NCBI GenBank assembly: GCA_002269645.1
Contig: NIVC01000748.1
Span: forward strand, 124,001-188,000
Reading direction: 5' to 3'
From: Macrostomum lignano
Lineage: Eukaryota
DNA length: 64,000 bases
Every line of letters begins with the position of its first letter. Position 1 is the first letter of the stretch. Shown here in pieces: positions 34,810-64,000 of this stretch. A program made the translations under genes and the position numbers. The notes under the pieces were generated by a model, which was given only the letters and a program-made list of their open reading frames with translations, searched no databases and was not told the DNA's origin.

Positions 34810-36603
34810 ATGGCAAGCGTACTAAGAAAATGCGCTGCACTTTTCGGCACAGCGGCAGCTTTTGGTGTCTATCGGTACTGCCAGCGCAGGTTAGAAGACG
34901 GTCACTCTCACCTGAGCGACGGCCTGAGGCTGCTGTGGGACTGGCCAGCCAGATGGAACAGCAACTGGGACGATGTTGGCACGGGTCTGGGCGGCATTGG
35001 CGGCATCCTGAGCCTGCTGAGGCAGAGAGGCTTGGTTGGGGCGGCGGCTGAGCAGTCACGGTTTAGTAGGCACCTGCTGCTGGTGCGGCATGCTCAGTAT
35101 GAACAGGTAGGTTTGCTTAGGTTCGGTTCAGTGTACGGATGCGTACAGTGTACGTGTCAGTGAATTTCATGTGTTTTTATGTATATTCAGTGTCATGTAA
35201 GTTTCATGTGTTAATGTAATATGTACATTCCCGTGTCAGTAGGTTTCATGTGTGTTTATGTGCATTCCCGTGTCAGTAGATTTCATGTGTGTTTTATGTA
35301 AATTCCGTGTCTGTAGGTTTCATGTGTGTTTTATGTACATTCCGTGTCAGTAGGTTTCATATATGTTTATGTACATTCCGTGTCAGTAGATTTCATGTGT
35401 GTTTATGTACATTCCGTGTCAGTAGGTTTCATGTGTGTTTATGTACATTCCGTGTCTGTAGGTTTCATGTGTGTTTATGTGCATTCCCGTGTCAGTAGAT
35501 TTCATGTGTGTTTATGTACATTCCGTGTCAGTAGGTTTCATGTATGTTTATGTACATTCCGTGTCAGTAGGTTTCATGTATGTTTATGTACATTCCCGTG
35601 TCAGTAGGTTTCATGTGTGTTTATGTACATTCCCGTGTCAGTAGGTTTCATGTGTGTTTATGTACATTCCGTGTCTGTAGGTTTCATGTGTGTTTATGTA
35701 CATTCTGCATCAAGGCTGGGTTTCTGCAATCTGCACATACATTTCGTATTATCTCCATTGCATTTGCATTGCATCATCGCAGGAGTGCCTCACAGCGCTC
35801 GGCCGTGAGCAGGCCAGCCTCACCGGTCAGCGACTGCGCGAGCTGAATGTTCGTTTCCGAGCGCTCCGCTACTCAACCATGACTCGGGCGCGCGAGACCG
35901 CCGAGGCCATACTTAGGCACCTGCCGCAGGGCCTCGATGTGGAGCCCTGCCGACTGCTCGAGGAGGGTGCACCTGTGCCGCCCGAACCGCCAGCTGCCAA
36001 CTACCAGCCACCGTAAGTTGTTGACCCATCTGTGACCTTGCTGACCCATCTCCGTGACCTTGCTGACCCATCTCTGTGACCTTGCTGACCCATATCCGTG
36101 ACCTTGCTGACCCATCTCCGTGACCTACTGACCCATCTCCGTGACCCTACTGACCCACCTCCGTGACCCTACTGACTCATCTCTGTGAACCTACTGACTC
36201 AACCGTGACCCATCCATGACTCATCCGTGACCCTACTGACTCAACCATGAACCATCCATGACTCATCCGTGACCCTACTGACTCATCCGTGACCCATCCT
36301 CGCCATTCCAGCCCGGAGACTTTCACCCAGGACGGTCGCCGTATCGAGTCGGCATTCCGACGCTTCTTCCACCGCGCGGCGCCAGACCAGCAGTCTGACA
36401 GCTATGAACTGCTGGTCTGTCACGCGAACGTCATTCGCTACTTTGTCTGTCGAGCTTTGCAACTTCCGCCGGAAGCTTGGCTCAGATTCAGCCTTGATCA
36501 CGCTTCCATCACCTGGGTGACAATTCGACCCAGCGGTCGAGTGGCAGTCAGATACGTTGGCAACTCCGGCCACATACCTGCTGACAAATGCACCTACCTG
36601 TGA
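34810..36603 (+). CDS. PGAM5: Serine/threonine-protein phosphatase PGAM5, mitochondrial; 3 exons, 272 aa
   Basis: Exons 34810-35106, 35783-36012 and 36312-36603 (phases 0 and 2; 819 nt total). Motifs: N-terminal hydrophobic anchor, WNSNWD (WDxNWD motif), [82 protein letters not shown] and GNSGHIP. An in-frame ATG also exists at 34768. Confidence 0.95.
35155..35705. repeat. PGAM5 intron 1: 36-37-bp minisatellite (GTGTCAGTAGGTTTCATGTGTGTTTATGTACATTCC)
   Basis: Direct reading. Confidence 0.96.
36020..36298. repeat. PGAM5 intron 2: ~22-bp minisatellite (CTGACCCATCTCCGTGACCCTA)
   Basis: Occupies about 280 of the 299 intron bases. Confidence 0.95.
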
Positions 36604-39600
36604 CTTAATCTACGATCAATATCGCTTAAATTAATATCTAATTAAGTTTTAATGAAGTTTTCTCCTTATGAAAAAATAATCCCTTCGTACTACTGGCAAG
36701 TTAGTTGGATAGTAGTAGGCTAGTTTGTGCACGATCTTAAACATCAAATATTTTGCCTCGTTCTAAACATCGCTTCATACTACTTACAGATAAGTCATAG
36801 CAGTAGGCAAGTAAAACATTTTACTTTATAAAAAATTAACAAAGAAAATTGCCCTATTAAAAGTTGCATAATTTCGCCAATTCATTTTGCTGATGCTTAC
36901 TGATGAAGACAAACTTGCACTATTTTTCTACTAAAGATTCGATCTTGCGTTTATCTGGTTTGCTAAGATAAAATTTAATTTAAATGTTTTACGCAAAATT
37001 TTATTGTTATTTGTTTGTCTTTTTATTGAAATTTCTGCATCTAAATAAATAATTATCTGTACGCAGCTGAAGTATTTACTGGCTTATATAGATAATTATT
37101 TATTTTTAAGTAAACATTTTGTTAATTTCATTAATAGTCTGCTTTCAAACGCGTATATGTTAATTATTTGCAGTAACTAGATTTAATTGCGTGTTAATGC
37201 ATATCTGGGTTCTGGCACTTGAAATTATTATAAAAAGTTGTTTATTTTGATTGCAAGTTAGGGCTACTAGTAGTAGTATAGCTCGTGTATATATAATGTA
37301 TGTCGACTGCAGCTAGCGAAAAAATGCGAATTATACCGATAAGGTATATGCATGTATGTATAGTTGATATACTATTATTATGTAGCATCTCTGATCAAGA
37401 TGTCAATTTCTTAATTCTCTTTATTGCACTGTAGTTGCAAGTCATCAATTTCGCTTTGCTCACAGGAATGCGTTCGATTTCTCTTTCAAGCCTCACCGTC
37501 GAGTTTTTGTTGATGTATTTTGTCTATTGTTTTTTTTTTTGTTGATTTTGCATCTGCGCATATTACTGACTGTTCTGGGACTTGGTACTTGATCTGTTGC
37601 GCAAAAAGAGTCGTTATTGTTAGCTCTTAACTTTCTACTAACTCAAGTAGGATAAATAGAGTTGTTATCAATGCGAAATGCCCTATTTTACCCGTGTTAC
37701 CTGCAACAACTGCCGTTTTCATCGGGTGACTCGCATTCAAGATCTCTAACGACATTTTGTTAGGTTTAGTTAGTGATGAATAAGTAGTATTCCATACTGT
37801 TGTCTGATTTGCACATTTTATTAATTCTTGTTTTAAATTATTCTATATGCTACTTCTGCGCACTAGTAGTGGGTTAGGATTTTATTAGGTTACAATTTAA
37901 CGTACTTTTGTAAGTTATTGCTAATTGCTATCCAGTAAATAAAGGTTTTATGTTTTTTTATTAAATTATATCTGCTGCAGTTAGTTTTTATTCTGCAAAA
38001 GTGATCTGCGCGTTTTTTGTCTGCTGATAGAATTGGAAAATACGCTTGAGATCTTAGAGTTATTCATTCAGTTTCTGTTAACGGTTGAATTAGCCTCTGT
38101 TATTCTCTAGATCAGGGCGTAACCATCAATTACAGTACAGTAATAATTTTCCATAAAACGTCAGATCTGTCTATGGTGACAACTAGACATGAAAAGTCAA
38201 ATTCCTTTTGACCCAAAATACCTGGTCACTGGACATTTGTTTTGTACAAATCAACGGTCAAATATTCATAAATTGAGGTACCTTTGCATCAAGGAGCAAA
38301 GGCTCTTTATTAAGTTTTTTAAGTTTCCTTCATTTGCACAATCAGTAGGAAACCTGTAGTATCTTTAAAATACGTGCACTTTATTCGTTTTGATAGTGTT
38401 AAATAACCTCACTCTAGAAATTTCTTTTGAACAAATTAGTTTGAATGAGGAAGGGTTGTGTACCATAGAATTAAACGAATTTGAAATTAAGTTTTTTAAA
38501 GCAATGCCGCCCACCTTTGACAATTGACTAGAAATCGATTGAATCCAGTCTCATTTGGTTAGACATCTGTCTACCGTGAAGGTCATACTCATGCCTAACA
38601 TTTTAATTAACTACTTTTAAAGTGGTCCTTCGTGTAATTCGATCCTGAAAGCTATACACTAGTAATCTAGACGAAGAAATCCGCTAGATTCTGTTGGAAA
38701 TTGACATAACTATAAAAAATACAGAATGAACAATCAATATATTGGATAGTAAGTTATAATTATTTCGTCTAATTATTCATGAAGAAAGGAGACAGGCTGG
38801 AAATGCTTCCTTGCAGTAAGAGCTTCGGGCCACGCTGACAATAAACACAATTTCCACTAAACCGATAGTCTATGGCCATAGCAGCTGACTCGCCGTGTGT
38901 TTAACAGCACAGGACCCATATAGGGCTACAATTCTAATAAAGACAGCAAAGATAAGGGATTAGAGTTAGATATAAAGAAGTGTTAGTGCTTAAAATTATT
39001 AAAACAAAGACTGAAAAATACGTCTTCTGTATAGTTTGCCTGTCTGTCAGTTATATCAGAACGGTCAGTATTTTATCTTACTAAATTTGACGTGTTGTTG
39101 CCCGTCCGTCCAATAGACATATCCTCCTATACTCGTAGAAAACTCACAAATCAGAGTCGAAACTGGTTTTGAAAAAAGCGGTAGTCGATTGTAATGGTTC
39201 ATTGTTTTTTAAAATGCAAAAGAAGTATTTTCATTCGCGCATCTATCTCGAAGTCCTAATTCACGAATGTCAAGTAAAGTCATCGGCTCACAGGCTCAAA
39301 TTTGCCACCTTCCCAAAGCATTACTAACTTATTAAGTTTTCTAACGGACTTACAGTGTATTGAATAATTAAAATCACGACCTTTGCTCCAGAATTTTGCT
39401 TTTGGTTCTGCCCTCCCCCCTCTCCCAGCATATCAAAATCCATGGTGACGCTCCTGAATGCAAAAGTGAACTTTTATTCAATTTTTGTGAGCCTATCAAT
39501 GATGGAATTACGAAAAGGACGCCACGACGCCCCCACATTCGGAAATTTGGAAATGCACTTTTACATTTTTACCTAATTAGAGGCATTATTGTGTAGCCAT

Positions 39601-41120
39601 TGTGCGCCTGCTTGGTGTGTTCTTGTTCCCTGTTGAACCGCACTGCAGATACCGGAAATATTGCTTACCTTAACCAAATATAGCATTTCAGATGTAGAAG
39701 GCATGTGATTGCGTGGGTTGCAACTGGTACAGGGACCTTTGGATACACGGTACATGGACTGCCAGATTCCGAAGAAGTCAATTCAAGCTCGAAATTTCAC
39801 GTGTGGTAAAAAATCGCTTCGTGATTTCGACGACTACCTGAAAGTTCGATCTTGTGAAACACACCTCACACCAATTAGTGAGTTAGAGCGAATGATTTAG
39901 TGTTGGACTGGGCCCAGTATCCCCGCTGCACTCGTTTTCGATTCCAAGTTTCTTAGAGGTCCCTGTTTCGGATTTTCTGCACCCCCTGATCAGCAGTGCA
40001 ATCGGTCAGACAATCTCTACTAACTAAAAGCATTAAACTCGGCTTTCAGAACCGTGGGTGGTCCCTCATTGCTCTCTGACAGGCTCTATCAGAGCTAAAG
40101 GAAAACTTCTTGTCCGATGTTCCCTGCTGCCCATGTGTTATTTAGTTCCAGTGTATATAGCTTTTGTACTTGCTATGGCTGCTGCTACTGTTATACTTTG
40201 GTTTAGTTCCTTTCGGTCAACCCCCTGGGGAGCGGCCCACTGGACTTTCGTCTTCTTGGCCACTAATTACGCGAAGACCGTGTCTTAAGCAACGAAAATT
40301 TCTTAGCAGCTGAAGAAAAAGAAGAAAGCTGCTTCAGATGGCAATGGGGGGAAGATCTTACTGGCTAACGCGTGCAAATGAACTACTTGCTTTTTGATTC
40401 GAAAAGAACATTTTAAAGTCGTTATTTGTCGCGCTTATCTGTAGCCTAAATTAATTGATTGATGCGGAAGTACCAGATTTTTATGCTAGTTATACAGGAA
40501 ATTTCTTAGCCGAAGTTTGCTAGCGAGGATTTTGCTAACACTTGGTCTTTCTACCTAATTGTTTAAAGTACCCAAAGTCTGGACTGGAATACAGGCTTCT
40601 TAGCATTCCCCATTATTCATCGAAATATACCAATGTAATTTTGCATTTATCAGATTAGGCTTTATAGATTTTAAAAAAGTGCTGTCCAGGTTTAAAGCGG
40701 ATTTTTTAATCTCATAAACAACTAATTCTAGTTAGTGTTAGTGGCACTGTTAAAAAACATCATAACTAAAAGCTACGAGTATATGTGATAAATAATTGTC
40801 AAGCAAAACAAGCCTATTTTATTTTTGTTTTGCTGAGCACCCCCAGATATTTTTTGTTCCTATTCTAAACAAATTAAAAATACTAAGATTGAACAATAAA
40901 ATTAACAATCTTATTTTTGTATACATTCCGATTCCAGTCATACGAGTAACACGAAGAAATTTCAAATTGGGTAGCTTTCAACTCGCTTTTTATTACAATA
41001 AAAATTCGTATCGACACGACTAATTAAAACTGACAAATTGAATTGAATAAGCTAGCAAACTTCATACACCCAATAAGATCGATTCGTTCAAGTCCCATTA
41101 TTTTTATTTTTAGTTAATTA

Positions 41121-41292
41121 ATTTCCTTATTAAAGTTCATTACCTTTGGGGGGCTCAGACTGCTAGTCCACTATACTAAATCGCCAATTACAGTTAAACA
41201 TGGCTACGATCGTATTCCTGTTATCATAATTTCCTTATTAAAGTATCACCCTTAGGGGGGCTCAGACTGCTAGTCCACTACACTAAATCGCT
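41121..41292. repeat. Short direct duplication (~65 bp x2)
   Basis: atttccttattaaag...ggggggctcagactgctagtccacta(t/c)actaaatcgc at ~41121 and ~41229. Confidence 0.85.
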
Positions 41293-41419
41293 AAGCTTAG
41301 CTTATAGACGTAGAATAGGCTACTCTTGCAATATTGAACTTTACAGTTGTACATGCACTGCGCATAAAACTACACAAGTATGCAGGTGGAGGGCGTTAAG
41401 GTATAGGGCTTAATAGCGC

Positions 41420-41460
41420 GTCATTGGACCAATACAGCAGGCCCGTTTAACCAATGGGCG
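41420..41460 (+). promoter_or_regulatory. CCAAT-box cluster, candidate kinase promoter
   Basis: ATTGG at 41423, CCAAT at 41429 and CCAAT at 41451, followed by a (GA)n tract, about 200 bp before the ATG. Confidence 0.45.
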
Positions 41461-41652
41461 ACTGACAGATTTCGGTCAGTTTGGGATCGGAAGTGGGGCT
41501 GGCCCTGGGTCTTTTAGCTGTCTATAATAGCTATAGAGAGAGAGAGAGAGAGTTCTGAGACCCAGACAGCAATAGTTCAATGGACTAGGTTCTCTCCGTG
41601 GATCAGTATTATTAATCCAGTTTTTATTGCCAAGTAAAAATTGCGTTATACT

Positions 41653-59329
<17,677 letters not shown>

Positions 59330-61127
59330 ACAATTCAAAGATCTGCTATACAAGATCAATTAAATTCGTCAATTGATAACCATCAACCGAAACAGAAGAC
59401 ACCGCATTTAGCAATATGTTTGTATGAATAGAGTTTGCTGTTTTACTTTGCTTTTTAACATCTGTAATCATGCATGTTTACTTTAGATGTTTTCAACGAA
59501 ATAAAGAAAGCACAAGCAACTTGAACCGGTATTTTCAGCTTATGTTAAAAAATTCACGCTCTAATCTTACTACTAACTAGAGTGATGTGCAGTAGTAGCA
59601 AAGGTTGAAACTGTATAGAAAAATTAACTTTTGTATCGCTCTGAACTGCTACCTCGTCTGGCTAAGGGAATTAAACTGTTTAATTCTTGCAGATTTTCTA
59701 CTTTAAACAAATTCGAATGTGCAGTGTAAAATTATGTTTTTTTGCAAAATTCGTTTACTTCCTTAACTGCCTGTTTTTCAACAATTGCAAAAATTATAAA
59801 TAAATACATACATATAGCTATGTAGCCATGGTTATTATGTACATACAAACTCCGTGATAAGTTTATTAAGAAGTAAATGGCTTTTGCGCGTGCATAATTA
59901 TTTGGGAATTTCACGGAGAACTCAAGTAGGACGCTATAAAACTCGACTTTCTTAGAAATGAGACCACAGATTATATTACCTAGATGGGCCACTCCAGCCG
60001 CCTTTCGGCAGCGCGAACACCTCGGGGGGTTTTGACCATAGACTATATAGCTTCTGCTACTCTCAAGACATTAGCAGCACCAGCTGGTGTCTGTGGCCCG
60101 AACCCCTGTGTTGTCGGGGTCTCGGAGAATGCTAGCTGGAATGAAACATCTAGATAGTATGTCTAGAATATGCGCTGAATGAGGTTTTGCCATGCCATAG
60201 ACATATTCTGTTTCTTAAGAGCATGCTAAATACACTAGCAATATAACATTAATATTACTTTTTGCGGGCATCAATGTAGAATTTTGAGGGCGCGTAACTT
60301 TGACTGGGGAGCTGACTTTTAAAGAAGTGCGGCCCAAAGACGCGCATTTTGCGCCCTCACAAACTATTCGAGTCTCATCTGCATTAGAGCCGGACTGCAT
60401 CGCTTCTTCTGTCTCAGTCGCCCAGAGATTAACATTAACATTAACTTCTGCTGTTATTTGTTTGCCTCTGTTTCACACTGTTGTTCTATTTCGCTCTATT
60501 ACTGAAATAGAAAATACCATAGACAATTCAAGGCACGAATTGCCACATTGACGCCCGGTAAAGGGACGCTTAAGCCCGCAAAAATTAATGACAATATGAC
60601 AAATACACGTTTCTTATGGCCCCGAGTAAGTGCATTAACGTTCTTACTTCAGCTAAAAGACAGGATTTTCAATTCCTTTTACCATTGGCCCTGTAGTATA
60701 CATGTAATATGTGTAATATGCCATTAAAACTTGACAAGGTTGGAATCCAAAGTAAGTATCAGTGTGTTGATCATAAAAACAATCCAAAATCATAACGTTT
60801 CTTTAATCACTTAACGTCGTGAACGCTGATGCAGTTGCAGATGCGTGAATTATAAAGAATTTATTGTCATTGCTTTACCAAGAAATTGTCACCTGTACAG
60901 AAAATTAACATGAAAACATTTTTTTATGCTAAATGTAATCTTTTAGACAAGATAAACACTAATTACAATATTATTAATAATTAAAACGGAATTGTAGAAA
61001 AGAGAAAATTCGTTATCAGAGAAATGATTCGCGCATTCAATTACAACTGTTACAGACAAATGCAAAACAAATTAAGCAGCTAGCTAATGCATGAAAAAAT
61101 AGGTAATTGTCTAACAAGCATGAATCA

Positions 61128-61323
61128 CCTGAAGGCTGCGTACGGCTGTTCAGTCCAAGGACTTGGGGGGGGGGTCGCCATACACACCCTCAATTACAGC
61201 TATTGCTGGCACCCATTTTACAGCTGGGTGAACTGAAGCAATGCAGAGTTAAGTGTCTTGCTCAAGGACACAAATTGTTCCGAGAGAGTCGTGAGTCCGA
61301 CGCTCTGACCACTAGGCTGCAAC
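61128..61323 (-). mobile_element. SINE family A, copy 3 (tRNA A-box head, 3'-truncated)
   Basis: The reverse complement begins ggttgcagcctagtggtcagagcgtcggactc (tRNA D-arm/A-box like), then tgtgtccttgagcaagacacttaac...cagctgtaaaatgggt. Confidence 0.85.
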
Positions 61324-61420
61324 CCCCTAATGCACATGCCTATTCTAACGTACATGTGAGTGGCATAAATCGACCACAACAGAAAAACTTCAGAGATTGG
61401 AACTGCTTATTCTAGAACTC

Positions 61421-61945
61421 TCATTCTTTCCCTCGAGAGCGGAACTGCGGATTCAAGGCCCAGTCCGGCGCACCGGCTGGCGGCATTCGTTGACTTCGCG
61501 TTGTCGAACTTAACGTCTGGACAGCATCGTCGACGGTCTGTCGCCTACTAGTCAGCTCGTCTCGTTGACGTTTGGTAGCTAATCGACGCAAGAACAGGTC
61601 GTCAAGACGACGCTTGATGTCGCGGACGCGGTCACTTTCCCAATAATGTCGACGGGCGCGCAGCCTTGGTCTACGACAGCTGCTGCTGCCGCTGTCTCCT
61701 GCCCCATTGGATCCGCTCTCCTCTTCCTCTTCATCCGACGTTGTAAACTCGCGAGTCAGCACTACGCCGTACTGCTCCATCTCTTCCGGCTGGAGGCTCG
61801 ATATGATTTCCTCGAATGCCTTTTGACGTCGAGCCAATTTCTGCGTTGGTGAATTTTGAGTGACGTTATATTTTTTCTCTTTGTTCAAGTTGCGACCAAG
61901 GAAGACTTGATTGGGACGGGAAACTTCGTTTCTAAGAAAAATAGA
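61421..61945 (-). pseudogene. C14orf93-like / probable transposon accessory protein, C-terminal part, likely decayed
   Basis: Open frame ...QKLARRQKA...TREFTTSDEEEE...RRHYWESDRVRDIKRRLDD...SQRMPPAGAPDWAL fits the recalled pattern (basic helix, SDEE, W-x-S-x7-LD, S-x-R-x2-P...P-x-WA). An adjacent upstream frame reads YFS*KRSF with stops. The family call is from memory, not from a search. Confidence 0.45.
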
Positions 61946-62354
61946 CTACGGAGATACAGTCCCATTTTTTTCATTGTTTAGTTTAAAACATGGTTACCCA
62001 AAAATAGAAAAAAAATTGTATTGGATAAATCCCTTGCTTTTACAAAAAAATGCTTTACAGAACATGAAAATTTTCAATTTTTTCAAAGAAAACAGGATTC
62101 CCGCAAGTCGGGGTTTTCAAAGGAAATGCGTCTTTAAATGATTTGATAAAACGATTTGAGTAGCTTATCTATAAAGAGGAAGTCTGCAGACTGGAGTCTA
62201 TCAAGGTTAGGGTACAGAATACGGATGTTGTTATTTGATTTTGAAAATTTTTAGACCGATGCCAGTTGGTATCCTGGTTTTCAATTTTGACCTCCTGAAT
62301 TTTGACAATTTTGACGCTTTAGAAGGCACAGGAAAATAAATGTAAAGATAAACA

Positions 62355-62458
62355 TAGATTAACTTTTTTTCCAACGCGTTTTGGTCCGACATCAGTCATC
62401 TTCAGGGTCTTTGATGTATTTTCACTCACGCAACAACCTTTCATAATAAATAAATAAA
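62355..62458 (-). ncRNA. Penelope-type pLTR fragment with an inactivated minimal hammerhead motif
   Basis: The reverse complement is nearly identical to 62657-62755, but the core GAAA reads AAAA (62379-62382). Confidence 0.6.
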
Positions 62459-62656
62459 AGTCGGTCGGTCAATACGTTACCAGAAATCAAATTTGAATTC
62501 TCAGCTTTCTCACAGTGGTGTCGGCCATTTGCTCAAGGTATTCTAAGTGAAGGCACAAACCCGATCAATGTACTCGCAATCTCCATACTTTGCTCACTTA
62601 CCTTGAACATTCTGCCCCTGATATGACCTTGGACTGTAAAGTAAACGCCAGTTCTC

Positions 62657-62755
62657 TATTTATTTCTTATGAAAGGTTGTTGCGTGAGTGAAAATACATC
62701 AAAGACCCTGAAGATGACTGTTGTCGGACCGAAACGCGTTGGAAAAAGTTATATG
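62657..62755 (+). ncRNA. Penelope-type pLTR fragment with a minimal type I hammerhead ribozyme motif
   Basis: cc-CUGAAGA (62708-14), 16 nt, GAAA (62731-34), C-GC-G-U-U-gg. Stem III lies in the 8-nt palindrome AACGCGTT (62733-40), and stem I is only 2 bp. Confidence 0.65.
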
Positions 62756-63389
62756 TTGATCTGCCTACGTGGCAACGCAGAAAATACAATTGTGTTTTGC
62801 ATGTATACTCAGCAACATCTCTCAACTCAGCTACGCCGCGGCAGACTTGAGTTGAGGAATGAAGTGGGGGAGCGGTGTGCGAGGGTTGGACGGATATTAA
62901 AGCTACCCCGATCAGTTTTCTCGTATCTTTCATTTAAGAATAGTCCAAAAGGAACTGCTTACTGGCGCAGAGAGTGGCGACTTTGCAATGTTGCTGAATA
63001 TATACCAATGGGTGCCGCAGAGAATTGCTATCTTTCAGCTTGACCCTCAGTGGGTTCTCACTGCCGATATGGACCGATTCGGTCCAAGAGAAATCCAAGT
63101 TAAAACACGTTTACGGAAATAGCAAGCAACTACCTTCAGTGGCTTCATCTCGTATTGACAATTATTTACATTATGAGGTGATAAAAAAAACGATTCCGAA
63201 TAGACTTGACATCCTTTCTTTTTTTATTAGAGGCAGGGGGGTTGTGTGCACCCTGGCGCACTTTAAGCGACATGGGCACACAACCGGCGAGAGGCATTAC
63301 TGCCCATTCCGCCGACTCCCCTGAGCAGGCATACAAGCGCGCGGATACGTACGCAGGCACACACTCACACAGGAGTGTACAGCGGCCCT

Positions 63390-63580
63390 AACTTTATTTT
63401 ATCGTTAGGCATGTACACTTCACTGCGCCTTGGGGGGTTGGCTCTCAAGGCCGTTAATTGCACGAGCAGAGCCAAGCCGAGATTCCAATTCAGCCCCAAA
63501 TTAATGTGACTGCACTTGGAATCGAGCCTGGGTCGCTGGCACACCAGAGCAGCTGCGCTACCGCTGGGCTACGCCCCCCC
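63390..63580 (-). mobile_element. tRNA-derived SINE family B
   Basis: The reverse complement begins GGGCGTAGCCCAGCGGTAGCGCAG... with A-box TAGCCCAGCGG and B-box GGCTCGATTCC. There is no acceptor stem, so it is not a functional tRNA. The body matches 13245-13347 and ends near aaataaa. Confidence 0.7.
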
Positions 63581-64000
63581 TGACATCCTTTCTTTACTTA
63601 CCTGCTGCTTCCAGCGAGTCCGAGTGTAGCTTTTCTTATTTTTCAATCGATACGGGCCGAAAACGTTGAAAATTGACGAGCGCAGAATGGCTACAGAAAA
63701 AATATGAAATTGATAATTAAAAAAAAGAGATACAATATTTGCTTCAGAGGTGACTTGAACTTGGAATATTGGGAGCTTACACATCAGATCGTCTTTACTA
63801 ATACCGAGAGTGCCAGCCGTGCGACTAGCAGTCACACGGAGCACTCTTTCAGCTACTGACTGGTTGGTCTCGTGTTCGAATCTGTAAAACAATGTAACAG
63901 TGTCCCAGTGTACAACAAAATATGGACTGGCCGCACCAATAGTTTTACGTCTACAAGTCACTCTAATCGTCTTGATATTTTTATAAAATATAGTTTACGC

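Noticed and set aside
39396-40288. Several 60-76-aa ORFs between PGAM5 and the kinase
   Set aside because: No motifs, no convincing splice pairs, and lengths expected by chance.
63511-63580. Functional tRNA gene
   Set aside because: A- and B-boxes are present, but the acceptor stem cannot pair and the sequence continues into a repeated body, so it was called a SINE head.

Overview
Eukaryotic (metazoan) genomic DNA, very rich in micro- and minisatellites. The style (GC-rich exons, repeat-filled introns, long GACA/GATA tracts) is consistent with a free-living flatworm such as Macrostomum, but this is inference. Three spliced + strand genes were reconstructed by hand with phase-consistent GT-AG junctions: a USP4/15/11-type deubiquitinase (7 exons, 22741-30832, 962 aa), the mitochondrial phosphatase PGAM5 (3 exons, 34810-36603, 272 aa), and a Src42A/FRK-like tyrosine kinase (4-5 exons, 41653-59329, with a 12.9 kb third intron). 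Mobile DNA includes a disrupted DD34D mariner with perfect TIRs, two tRNA-derived SINE families (one with a MIR/CORE-like domain), MITE and foldback-like elements, and an inverted pair of Penelope-type hammerhead ribozyme motifs. There is also a decayed C14orf93-like ORF and a 774-nt assembly gap. The most notable pattern is that all 8 introns of USP and PGAM5, and the first two kinase introns, are each filled by their own unrelated tandem repeat; one repeat unit appears to supply the branch point. USP and PGAM5 also look like a possible trans-spliced operon. Nearly all long entries in the ORF track are translated repeats, not genes.
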